In this document: positions 22,641 to 33,253 of the stretch, one piece after another | How positions within the stretch are numbered: position 1 is the first letter of the stretch | How the letters are laid out: each line of letters opens with the position of its first letter | Assembly (NCBI RefSeq): GCF_001194135.2 | Contig: NC_068982.1 | Span: 166,757,218 to 166,790,470, forward strand | Source of the DNA: Octopus bimaculoides | Taxonomy: Eukaryota | Direction: 5' to 3' | DNA: 33,253 bases | Notes under the pieces: model-generated | Database searches by the model: none | Told to the model about the DNA's origin: nothing | What the model saw: the letters and a program-made list of their open reading frames with translations, nothing else | Position numbers and translations under genes: made by a program

Positions 22641-22902
22641 CATTGTACACCCAGATTCATCGTCATGATTGTTCGTAGCCACGGCGACCGCCACCCACAC
22701 CAATCCCGTCGTTCATCGCTGCCGTAGTTCTAATGAAATTATACGATGGAAAGACACCCCCAACCAGCTTTAAATGGAAAGATAAACATGTGTAACAATA
22801 TGAGTAGAAGTATTTTTCACATAAGTCAAAGGATTTAAAAGCGAGAGGAACAATAAATATACAAAGAAATAACAAGCAGATACACGCTTACACATAGGCA
22901 TT

Positions 22903-23100
22903 ATGTATGAATGTGTACATGAGTGTGTGTATATGAGTGTGTGTATATGAGTGTGTGTATATGTCTATATATGTGTAAGTATATATGCTCGTATGTATGC
23001 GTATGTATGTATATGTATGTGTGAATATGTATGTATGTATGTATGTTTGTATGTATGAATGTAAAAGTGCATATGTATGTATATGTATGTGTGCATGTGT
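22903..23100. repeat. (TGTA)/(TG)/(TA) compound microsatellite (similar tracts at 23337-23600 and 23700-23950)
   Basis: Directly visible. Confidence 0.95.
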
Positions 23101-23336
23101 TATTTATTTTACTACCCACAAGGGGCTACACACAGAGGGGACAAACAAGGACAGACAAACGGATTAAGTCGATTATATCGACCCCAGTGCGTAACTGGTA
23201 CTTATTTAATCGACCCCGAAAGGAGGATGAAAGGCAAAGTCGACCTCGGCGGAATTTGAACTCAGAACGTAGCGGCAGACGAAATACCACTAAGCATTTC
23301 GCCCGGCGTGCTAACGTTTCTGCCAGCTCGCCGCCT
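23101..23336 (-). mobile_element. Full-length tRNA-derived SINE (second family)
   Basis: Minus strand: AGGCGGCGAGCTGGCAGAAACGTTAG (A-box), GAGTTCAAATTCC (B-box), GAGGTCGACTTTGCCTTTCATCC...GGGGTCGATTAAATAAGTACCAG core (recalled as resembling the MetaSINE Meta domain, unverified), tail GTCCCCTCTGTGTGTAGCCCCTTGTGGG. At least five relatives lie in this window. Confidence 0.9.
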
Positions 23337-23382
23337 TATGTGTGCATGTGTGCATGTACGTATGTATATATGTGTGTGTATG

Positions 23383-23414
<32 letters not shown>

Positions 23415-23886
23415 CATGCATGCATGCATGTATGTATGTGTGTATGTATGTATGCATGCATGCATGTATGTGTGTATGTACATATATATATATGTATAAT
23501 GTATATGTATGTATGTATATGTATGTATATGTATGTATGCATATATGTATGTATATGGATGTATATGGATGTATGTATGTATATGTATGTATATGGCTAC
23601 ATAAAAGTCTGATGATGTCTATGCAACAAACTGAGGAATGTTAAAGGGTTACTCCCTCTGAAAACCACTCCAAATACACATACAAACATATAAACACGTA
23701 TATAGAAATACATACGTGTTTACTTACGTATGTGTGTGCGTATGCATGTATGTATATGTATTATGTCTTGTACGTATGCATATATATGCACACAAACACG
23801 CATATATATATATATGTGTGTGCGTGTGTGTGTCTATACATATATATACATACATGCACATGCACACGCACACAGAAATATATAAG

Positions 23887-23922
<36 letters not shown>

Positions 23923-24043
23923 CCACGCTTATATATATATATGTATATAGGTACAAGTGTGCCAAAGACATTAACACATGATCTGGCTGTAATCTTGATA
24001 CGTCAAAATACTCTGCACTCAATAAAATAACAGCAATGATAGC

Positions 24044-24079
<36 letters not shown>

Positions 24080-24088
24080 CATAATAAT

Positions 24089-24120
<32 letters not shown>

Positions 24121-24602
24121 GACTGTATTACTGTTGCCATGGTTACAAACAAAACAACAAACAATAAACTAACGTGTTCCAGGTTTCTAGAATTTTGCCC
24201 AAGGAATAATCTTGTTATAGTCGTCGTCATCATCGTCGTCGTTGTTACTGCTAGCCTTCGTTTAGCCCTGGGCCAGCACTAATCGAGCAGTCCAATGTGA
24301 TGCAGACAGCCAATCAAACGAGGAGGTGCGACCGACGAGTTCGTATAGCTCCAACCTTTTGGTTGTTCCATGTCTCAAACTCGCTGAGGACAATACTACA
24401 CACTATAACATGTAATAATGACGCATATGGAGTATGGTACGTTAGTCTATATATGTTGCATTCTCTCTATCTCTCAGTCAATTTCTGTGCGCCTGTAGAT
24501 TATGGTAGCAGCCATAGTGAAGTGGCAAGATGAACTCGGTCAGAACGTAATGGTTATTGTTCCTTTACACTTGTTGATACTGTGTATCCTAGTGAAAGTG
24601 CA

Positions 24603-24770
24603 TAGCCTAATGACCTAGTGGTTAGAGTGTTGCACTCACGATCAAGAGATCGTGGTTTCGATTCCCAGACTGACTGTACGTCAGCAAAATACTCCCAGAC
24701 TGACTGTACGTCAGCAAAATACTCCATTTCACGTTGCTACAGTTCACTCAGCTGTAAATAGGCAACTTTG
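24603..24770 (+). mobile_element. Third tRNA-derived SINE type with a 30-bp tandem duplication after the B-box
   Basis: A-box TGACCTAGTGG, B-box GGTTTCGATTCCC; TCCCAGACTGACTGTACGTCAGCAAAATAC x2 (24663-24722); then ATTTCACGTTGCTACAGTTCACTCAGCTGTAAAT (CORE/Deu-like). Confidence 0.65.
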
Positions 24771-25164
24771 CGACGAAATGGTTTATAAGGGTGAGACGGT
24801 GACTCAGGGAAATCACTCGAACAGAGCTCTCGCAAGCCACGTTTGGTTTTCAGCGATTGAAAGTATGCATAGCACAACTTGTAATGTGAATCCAGCGAGA
24901 CTGGTTGGGATTGGTTGCTCAACCTCATTGATGGATGATGATAATGTCTATACGGGATACATACTAATGAGACCATTGCAATGGTCTCAATTCTGAGTGT
25001 ATGTACTCCTTATGGTGAATAGGAAAGATATTGTTGCCATTGTGTCCTGGTATTTGTATAGGTTTGGGTGTTTGGAGGTGCTTTTTGTTTTCATATAATG
25101 ACAGAGAGTGCGGTGCCTGAAGATTGTCATAGTTTGTAAAATATCCTCTAGGGGGAAGAACTTT

Positions 25165-25510
25165 GGACAATGTACAGAGCAATGGGGAAAAAAGATGCCT
25201 TTAGTATGTGGATCTTTCGCAGATTAGGCAGAATAAGCTAGAATGGCAGGGTAACAAACGCTGCAGTACTAGAAAAGTTGAACATCTATTGTCGAGAAAG
25301 CTATCATATTTTGAACATATGATGCACCTAGAGTCATTGCTTGTGACCATCCTAACAGGAATTGTTCAGGAGAAGAGAGCAAGAGGCTGCCAAAGGTGTT
25401 CATATACTGATGACATCAAAGAATGGGTTGCGAACAAGAGACCAGCTGATTGTATGAATGCAGCACAACACGGAGGGAACTAGAGAATCTTGGCAAGTCG
25501 ACCTCTGGAC
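25165..25510 (+). mobile_element. RTE-clade LINE 3' fragment
   Basis: WTMYRA...DAFSMWIFRRLGRIS*NGRVTNAAVLEKL...RKLSYFEHMM...TILTGIVQEKRARGCQRCSYTDDIKEW matches the RTE post-RT region (AFEMWxxRRxLxIxW...YFGH...GxVxGKRxRGRP..W.DDIK). Confidence 0.85.
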
Positions 25511-25770
25511 ACAAGGAGATTATTGGCTGGTGAACAGGATGTGTGGGGCCTGAAGATCAACTGTGTCCCTCACATGTCCACGTAGTCTGTTATCCCCCCC
25601 TTTTTTTTCGTTATGTCGGTGCTCTATGTACAACTTGCTATGATGCACAGGATGCTGTTTTGTGTTCTTTGTAGTTTATTATGTTTTATTGTGGGGAAAT
25701 CACGGAGCCCTAGTGGAATTTGTGCAATAGGTTATGGATCTAATGTAGTGTTTGTACTCCGTTGTTGTTC

Positions 25771-25865
25771 CTTTCTTATTTCTTTATTGCCCACAAGGGG
25801 CTAAACACAGAGGGGACAAACAAGGTAAGACAAACGGATTAAGTTGATTATATCGACTCCAGTGC
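25771..25865 (-). mobile_element. 3' tail fragment of the 23101-23336 SINE family
   Basis: CTTTATTGCCCACAAGGGGCTAAACACAGAGGGGACAAACAAGG...GGATTAAGTTGATTATATCGACTCCAGTGC is near-identical to 23110-23190. Confidence 0.85.
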
Positions 25866-26149
25866 TTGTAGAGACACAGTATTTCGTTATGCACCCATAA
25901 CATACTACCAAATATATTAAAGGTTTCATAAGTCAATACTGTGCCTTACCGTGTTAGCAGTACTGTTAATTCACATTTTTTAAGGTTAACACTACAGATT
26001 TCCTATAGAAATTATTACCAGCACTGTAGAAAATCTGTAGAGATAACTTTATTTGATGCTATTGGCGATGCTGTCAATAAAGGAAGCAGTAGGTTTAATA
26101 AGTACTACATTAAGTCCATAGTAGAGTTAGATTTTTAAGTGATTTATAA

Positions 26150-26900
26150 TTGGGTTGGAGTTGTTATACAATAGTGCACGGAGAATGGTAGGAGGCTGTC
26201 TAACGTGTGAAGTCATCAGCGTATTAAGCTGTCTGTATATAAAATATGTGAAGGTCTTGTAGCTATAAGTTGAAAAGTGTGAGTGAGGAGATAGATCTTT
26301 GTAGTACTAGGTTCTAGAAGTACCGCTCTTGCACGCTGTACAGGATTGGCGGCTAGGCAAGTAGTTTGCAGGCCAATTTTTTAATATTATTTTTTAAGGT
26401 GGTGCTAGATATTCTTTTGTATGAGTAGGAAGCGAGGGAATTGAGTCGAAAGCTCTGCTAATGCCGATCGTAGTTAAAATGGTGTATGTGGGAGTTTTGT
26501 TACTAAAACCATCGTGTATCCATGTAGTATGAGGGTTAAGAGCAGTTTTGTAAATCTTTGTTGCGATTTGGGCAGGACGGGTGTATTGGTTATGGATATC
26601 AAGAACTAGCCTTCCTACAATTTTTGAGAGAATGCATTGGATGGTGTTGGAACTGTATGACGTTACTTTGCTTAGGTTTATTTTTACTTCAGAATTGTTA
26701 TAATATTTCTCAGCTTTCAGATTCTGGGAATTTAACAGTGTTCGTATGAGAAGTTGATGTGATGATATTAAGTTATTTCTTTTCTATCTGTATTATTTGA
26801 AAATTGCAAAGTGTTGAGTGGATGGAAGTCTCTTGCAATGATAATGTTTGTGAAAGTATCAGTGTTGTAGTTGGAATCGTTGGTGAGTTTGGATTTAGTA
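26150..26900 (-). mobile_element. Decayed LINE ORF2 relic (APE remnant + RT; I/Jockey-group-like)
   Basis: Minus strand: NIIIARDFH (IIAGDFN-like), LSKIVGRLVL, DGFSNKTP, TIGISRAFDSIP (26442-26475), NIKK-WPANYLPSRQ, YADDFT (26212-26223). Large internal deletions. Confidence 0.75.
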
Positions 26901-27011
26901 CATATATTTATAAATACACCCACAACCACACCCACACACACCTACACACACACGCACACACACATATATATATATATACATATCTATTTAGCTATCTTTC
27001 TCATTCTCTAT

Positions 27012-27040
<29 letters not shown>

Positions 27041-27042
<2 letters not shown>

Positions 27043-27441
27043 GCTGTGTGGTAAGTAGCTTGCTTACCAACCATATGATTCCTGGTTCAGTCCCACTGCG
27101 TGGCACCTTGGGCAAGTGTCTTCTACTATATAGCCTCGGGCCGACCAAAGCCTTGTGAGTGGATTTGGTAGACGGAAACTGAAAGACGCCCGTCGTATAT
27201 ATGTATATATATTTGTATGTGTGTGTATATGTTTGTGTGCCTGTGTTTGTCCCCCCAACATCGCTTGACAACCGATAGTGGTGTGTTTATGTCCCCGTAA
27301 CTTAGCGGTTCGGCAAAAGAGACCGATAGGATAAGTACTAGGCTTCCAAGGAATAAGTCCTAGGATCGATTTGCTCGACTAAAGGCGGTGCTCCAGCATG
27401 GCCACAGTCAAATGACTGAAACAAGTAAAAGAATAAAAGAG
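27041..27441 (+). mobile_element. tRNA/CORE-type SINE, second near-complete copy
   Basis: Colinear with 10729-11164 from TGGCTGTGTGGTAAGTAGC to GAAACAAGTAAAAGAATAAAAGAG. Confidence 0.9.
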
Positions 27442-28016
27442 TAGATGAGACAGGGAGTATCGCAATATGGAAAACAATATGATTTGAACTTACCGATATC
27501 TTTACCGAGGACCAAGTCTGCTGGGTAAAGAGTGGCTGTAAGAGGAATCCAAGTGAGCAGATATGGAGACAATGATTCAAATGAACAGATAAAGACCTTG
27601 GGTTTAATGTAAAATGTATGTATACAGGTATACATGTAAAAAGCGAAAGCAGGATTAAAATTTTCAGATGATTAACAATCAAGTATAAATATATATGTGT
27701 TTTTAATAGAGCAAACTTACTCAGATTACATAGACTCAAAAAATTAGAAGGGAGAAGATAAGCCATTACAAGTACGACAACTGTTTCTAGGGGCTCGGAG
27801 TTACTTCATAATGTTGGCAGATGTAGTTCAAAAATTTGCAGTCAGTAATGGGAAGCAGATAAACATTGGTAAAATCCAGAGCTTCTTTCATCAGGGTAGA
27901 TAGATGAGACTCTTATCTATAAAAAGAAAGTGGATATAAAAGTATAAAGGTTAATAGATATAGAAGTAGATATAAAAGCTGAGAAGTAGATAAATAAATA
28001 GACAGATAGATATGAC

Positions 28017-28042
28017 GATAGCTAGCTAGCTAGCTAGCTAGC

Positions 28043-28102
<60 letters not shown>

Positions 28103-28103
28103 C
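28017..28103. repeat. (GCTA)n-(GATA)n tetranucleotide microsatellite
   Basis: Directly visible. Confidence 0.97.
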
Positions 28104-28731
28104 AGTGCGGTAAATAGATAGAGGAATAGTTTATCCTATATATGGCCTGTGACTTGGAGAGAGCCTTGTTGCTGGGAGTTATAGCTTATTTATTGAGCGT
28201 TTTCGAATCGATGATTCTACATCAGACATTTTTAAAATCCTTGTTTACCGCTCGTTCATGGTAGTGGTTAGTTTTTCGCTCTTTGGTCATTAAAGATCCT
28301 GGAAGCTGTATACGTGTTCCCACGCATCCAGCTCATTACGGCGCGTCAGGCTAGGTGCTTGCTTCCTAATAACGAGTACCTCCGTAACCTGAGGCTAACT
28401 GCATCCCTCATTCTCGCTAGTACGAGTGCACACACAAAATAACACACATACCTGGCACACATACGCACGCACATACATAAACACACACATACACACCTCT
28501 CACATACATAAAAACCACACACACACACACACATACACAACACACATACATATATACATACATGCACACATACACATATACACACATGCGCACACGCACA
28601 CACACCTCTCACATACACAATACTCACTCACATACATAACACACACGCACGTACGAAAACATACACAATATACACATACACGCACGCACAAAAAAAAATA
28701 TACACACACGCGCACACGGAAACACACATAC

Positions 28732-29272
28732 NNNNNNNNNNNNNNNNNNNNNNNNNNNNNNNNNNNNNNNNNNNNNNNNNNNNNNNNNNNNNNNNNNNNN
28801 NNNNNNNNNNNNNNNNNNNNNNNNNNNNNNNNNNNNNNNNNNNNNNNNNNNNNNNNNNNNNNNNNNNNNNNNNNNNNNNNNNNNNNNNNNNNNNNNNNNN
28901 NNNNNNNNNNNNNNNNNNNNNNNNNNNNNNNNNNNNNNNNNNNNNNNNNNNNNNNNNNNNNNNNNNNNNNNNNNNNNNNNNNNNNNNNNNNNNNNNNNNN
29001 NNNNNNNNNNNNNNNNNNNNNNNNNNNNNNNNNNNNNNNNNNNNNNNNNNNNNNNNNNNNNNNNNNNNNNNNNNNNNNNNNNNNNNNNNNNNNNNNNNNN
29101 NNNNNNNNNNNNNNNNNNNNNNNNNNNNNNNNNNNNNNNNNNNNNNNNNNNNNNNNNNNNNNNNNNNNNNNNNNNNNNNNNNNNNNNNNNNNNNNNNNNN
29201 NNNNNNNNNNNNNNNNNNNNNNNNNNNNNNNNNNNNNNNNNNNNNNNNNNNNNNNNNNNNNNNNNNNNNNNN
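28732..29272. other. Assembly gap (N-run) inside a (CA)-rich tract
   Basis: Run of N flanked by degenerate (CA)n. Confidence 1.
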
Positions 29273-30369
29273 CACACACACACAAACACACTAACAGATA
29301 AACCACCAAACCATGCACACACACACACACATACATACATACGCACACACACGTTCTGTTATCACACACACACACTCGCAGACTCTCGCACAGGCACAGA
29401 TATCCTCTCCCTTTTTCACTCTCCTGTCTTAGAAAGAACTTTTCCCCCACCACCTCCTCTTCCGGTCTTTTCACAATGTAACCTCGTGGGCATCGGTACC
29501 ATTTTCCTCTTTTTCCGTTCTTCCATTCTCCGAACTTTCCATCTTTCCGACGAAGGGCTACGTCCAATAACACTATCCGTATCACGTCCTCATTTTGTTG
29601 TTTTTTTGTTATTGTTTTTTTGAACTTATATATATATATATATATATGCATGTACTTCTTGTGCTGGTTTATAATTTAAAAGCTTGCACTTCTGTTATTA
29701 TATCGTTTGCGTTTAGTTTACGGATATAATTTGGGGTGTCCAGATACCGAGAACAAGTTTTGTGCATGTTGTAAATGTATGTTTCGTGTATGGCCAGTTC
29801 CGTTGTGAAAATGTCTGTCTATTCTGATTTGAGTATAATTTTGAATACTGAGAATATTGTTTTCTGCAAGTAAGAACGTTTCCTGAATTATCGCAGCATG
29901 AACGACGTGAGTGATTATAAGATATTTTATTTCCATAAAAGTGATTTTTATGAGATTGATATATTATAAAACTTTTAGATTATTTGCATATTTTGATTTG
30001 CGTGAGGAAGCGCTCAACAGTATTTTTGTGCAAAACTGTGACATCGGAAAGGGAGATAACAAGAGTACTTTCTGTTTTTTATTGCTGGTATTACTGTTGT
30101 TGTTAATGATGATGTGTTTGTTGTAGTTGTGGTGGTAGTAAATGTCAGGCTGATGTCGTTGTCGTTTAAGCCCAGGTCAGGGCTGATTAATCAGACTATT
30201 AATCAAAGGCATTCCAAAAATGGAAATTCTAGTTCCTAGGTACCATCTGCAACCAAATTAGCCAAAGCGTTAATATTTATGACTGTAAGGTGTGTTCTGG
30301 CTTTGACTTCCGGCTATAAGGCACAACCAAATCGAGCTTCAGACGGACTTTCGTATAAATTTTAATATG

Positions 30370-31250
30370 CAGATTAATTATTCTGCTTGTTTAATTCTTT
30401 CTCCAAATTCCGAACTAAACGATCCATTACATGCAACCACAATCCTCATCTTCTTCAAGTAATAAGAGGTTTTTATTGATTCTTCTTTCATATTGAAATT
30501 AGACTGACGGGCACAACATATATTCTTCATTTTTGTATTTGAACAGTTAAAAATCACACTCAACTTGCTCTTATTGATTAACCAATGTTAGTTACATTTC
30601 TTTCTGTTCTTGAAATCATTATCAGGACGTCATTATAATCTAAATCTGCTAACATTTTATTATTTCGGCCATTGTATTCCACAAACTCTTCCTGCAAAAC
30701 TTTTTCCTTCCCATAATCAATCACAAAGAAGAAGACATGTCTTCCCGAATCACTCCAACTTAACTTCAGAGGGTTAATTGAGAGTTAAATTCGCCAAGAT
30801 TCCTTCTTGAATGCTTGAAATCGTGTCAGTATATTTTTGAGGAATGTCATAACTTTTTATTGTCTTTGGGGATACATGTTGCGTTATGTTTTCAAAAAGT
30901 GTCTAGAAATCAACAAAGCATATGCTTAGGGGCATCTTCATTTCATTTGCTTGTTGTATAATAATTGTAAAGATTTTCTACCCACTTCTGAAAGTTGCGT
31001 AATCCTTTTTCAAGAATTTGTCATCACTAGGCTCAGTTTTACTTAAAATGGCTCTATAAACTCTGCAAAACACTTTCATGACTATAAGTAACACAGTAAT
31101 ACTTCACCGGTTCCTAAGTTCGTGCAAGTCTCTCTTAAATATTTTGACTATAAATTAGTTTCTCCTGTCTTGCGGTAATTTGATTTGTTTTCCAGATGCG
31201 ATAGAGCAAACTTAACGGCAAAGTTGATATTTAATTTATTCAGCTTTTAC
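30370..31250 (-). mobile_element. Heavily decayed RTE-clade LINE reverse transcriptase domain
   Basis: Minus strand: RIWKTNQ..IVKIFKRDLHELRNR*SITVLLIVMKVFCRV...ATFRSG...FTIIIQQANEMKMPLSICFVDF*TLFEN...SYDIPQKY...FFVIDY...GIQWPK...LADLDYNDVLIMIS. Colinear with RTE RT motifs (KGDL..NYRGI, QAGFR, FIDYEKAFD, LDFADD). Confidence 0.75.
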
Positions 31251-31520
31251 CGTCTTAGATGTAATTCTGTCTAAAACAGGTGCTTTCGATCCTCTAATTG
31301 CTTAATTGCTTTTGTGATTTCATCATATGTAATTTCCCTCACTTCATTGCCCAGATTCCATTTAACTTAGGGGTTATTTTCTTAACTCTACGGAACTTAT
31401 GTGTTAAATACTGCTTCAGTATGTACCCTATTCTTTATTTCAGCAACTTCCTTGTGTATCTCTAATTGGGATTTCTTTTTTCGTCCTTCCCGTACCTTTT
31501 TGAATTGATTGATAAGCTAA

Positions 31521-31565
<45 letters not shown>

Positions 31566-31938
31566 NNNNNNNNNNNNNNNNNNNNNNNNNNNNNNNNNNN
31601 NNNNNNNNNNNNNNNNNNNNNNNNNNNNNNNNNNNNNNNNNNNNNNNNNNNNNNNNNNNNNNNNNNNNNNNNNNNNNNNNNNNNNNNNNNNNNNNNNNNN
31701 NNNNNNNNNNNNNNNNNNNNNNNNNNNNNNNNNNNNNNNNNNNNNNNNNNNNNNNNNNNNNNNNNNNNNNNNNNNNNNNNNNNNNNNNNNNNNNNNNNNN
31801 NNNNNNNNNNNNNNNNNNNNNNNNNNNNNNNNNNNNNNNNNNNNNNNNNNNNNNNNNNNNNNNNNNNNNNNNNNNNNNNNNNNNNNNNNNNNNNNNNNNN
31901 NNNNNNNNNNNNNNNNNNNNNNNNNNNNNNNNNNNNNN
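31566..31938. other. Assembly gap (N-run) between (TG)n and (AT)n
   Basis: Run of N. Confidence 1.
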
Positions 31939-32349
31939 ATATATATATATATATATAGACAATATATGAGTATATGCATATATATGTACATGTATGTATA
32001 TACGTTCATCCACGTGTACATATAGATACATAACTGGGTACATGACGTGGCAAAAGAACAAGGACAAAAATGGTAAACAAGGTGCAACAAACAAGCAGGC
32101 CACATAGAAACATCCCCTTCATCAGCTGCCACCATTAAAACTCCGGCGTTTCGAATAATTAAGGCAGTACGCATCGTTAAAATGGTTCTTCCCACGAACA
32201 CAAATTAAATTGTTTTCGTGGAGGGTAGTGGCGGACGGAAAACAAGACAGGAAAACGAAACGGTGAAATAAACAAACAATATTGACCAATATTTTTCAAG
32301 CAATGAACAATTTTCATCAAAACAATGATGTAAATGGAACTTATTGCAA

Positions 32350-32646
32350 AGCTTGTTGTTATTTTGTTGTTGATGATGATAAAAGTGATGGTAATGCGAT
32401 GGTTATGAGGGTTATAGCAATGGCTATTGCGATGATGTTAATTATGGTGTAGTAGTGGTGGCGGCGGTAATGATATTNNNNNNNNNNATTGCGATGATGT
32501 TAATTATGGTGTAGTAGTGGTGGCGGCGGTAATGATATTGCTGTTAATGGTGACGGTAGAGGTGGCGGTGATGATCGTCGTAGTCATTATTATCACCACC
32601 ACTACCGCCATCATTAACATCATCATCATCATCATCATCACCATCG

Positions 32647-32678
<32 letters not shown>

Positions 32679-32695
32679 GTTGTCGTCGTCGTGTT
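32350..32695. repeat. Trinucleotide low-complexity/(CAT)n tract with 10-N gap
   Basis: Directly visible. Confidence 0.9.
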
Positions 32696-32959
32696 TCTTT
32701 AGCTGGAAGAGTCCTAGGATGATCTGTCGTTCAGTCAACTTCTGAAACAGAAGTCAGCGTAAATAATTTAACCTACAGTTAGTGTCACGAGTGCGTGTGT
32801 ATACGTTTATTTACATGTTTACAAGTACGTGTGTGTGTGTGTGGTGGGGGTGATAGGTGGGCGTGTGTGTCCGTTTCTACATTCACAAGAGAAATTGTAT
32901 TTAAGATGGGTTGAAGCGAGAGCGAATGACTGGTCCAAAGAAAAGGCAAGGAACTTTAC

Positions 32960-32990
32960 ATACATGCATATATATGCATATATATATATA

Positions 32991-33056
<66 letters not shown>

Positions 33057-33253
33057 TATTCATGTGCGTGTGTGTATACAATATATGTGTATATATATAT
33101 ATATGAATATTATACACACACACATACACACATATAATATATGTGTATATGTTTATGCATATTGTACACATATATGCATGTATGTAAGTATGTATGTATG
33201 TATATAGATGTATGTATGTATGTATGTAGGTATGTATGTATGTATGTATGTGT
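32960..33253. repeat. Compound (AT)/(TG)/(GA)/(ATGT) microsatellite
   Basis: Directly visible. Confidence 0.95.

Noticed and set aside
24499-24546. Candidate 48-nt exon (CCTGTAG|IMVAAIVKWQDELGQN|GTAATG)
   Set aside because: Splice-like sites are common by chance, the peptide is unrecognised and its 3' part resembles SINE sequence; RNA-seq would be needed.
24663-24722. CRISPR-like direct repeats (also 5009-5090, 6222/6427)
   Set aside because: No unique spacers of regular length, no cas genes, and the context is eukaryotic.
27445-27900. Possible LINE endonuclease relic on the plus strand
   Set aside because: Only vague similarity (VAVRGI, CIQVY); no GDFN or SDH motif.
32110-32160. Minus-strand GAAAC...CTGATGA as a type II hammerhead or Penelope 3' remnant
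   Set aside because: Helices I and II cannot be formed and no GAAA follows CTGATGA for a type I fold.
32426-32539. Exact 52-bp direct repeat (32426-32477 / 32488-32539)
   Set aside because: The copies flank a 10-N gap, so this is an unmerged contig overlap (assembly artefact).

Overview
AT-rich, microsatellite-laden metazoan genomic DNA with seven N-gaps (10390-10399, 14859-14887, 16786-17534, 22518-22527, 28732-29272, 31566-31938, 32478-32487). The tRNA-derived SINE families and repeat load resemble octopus/coleoid cephalopod genomes; this is inference from recalled repeat families, not a database result. I found no host protein-coding exon, intact ORF, true tRNA/rRNA gene or CRISPR array, and most ORF-track entries are translated microsatellites or N-runs. 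The window is a transposon graveyard. It holds a mariner element made of two 5' ends (412-1280), a near full-length DD34D mariner (13263-14476) fused to a Helitron 5'/Rep fragment, and an orphan Helitron-type 3' end. It also holds four RTE-clade LINE fragments, a LINE ORF1 (gag-like) region, an I/Jockey-like RT relic, an hAT-like MITE end and several tRNA-derived SINE families. Two structures most deserve a second look. One is a tRNA-headed element with a degenerate minimal hammerhead ribozyme and an inverted partial copy of itself (9212-9562), suggesting a Pol III retrozyme mobilised by Penelope-like elements. The other is a perfect 76-bp inverted-repeat element (6059-6522) enclosing a 160-bp LINE ORF1 fragment between 45-bp direct repeats.
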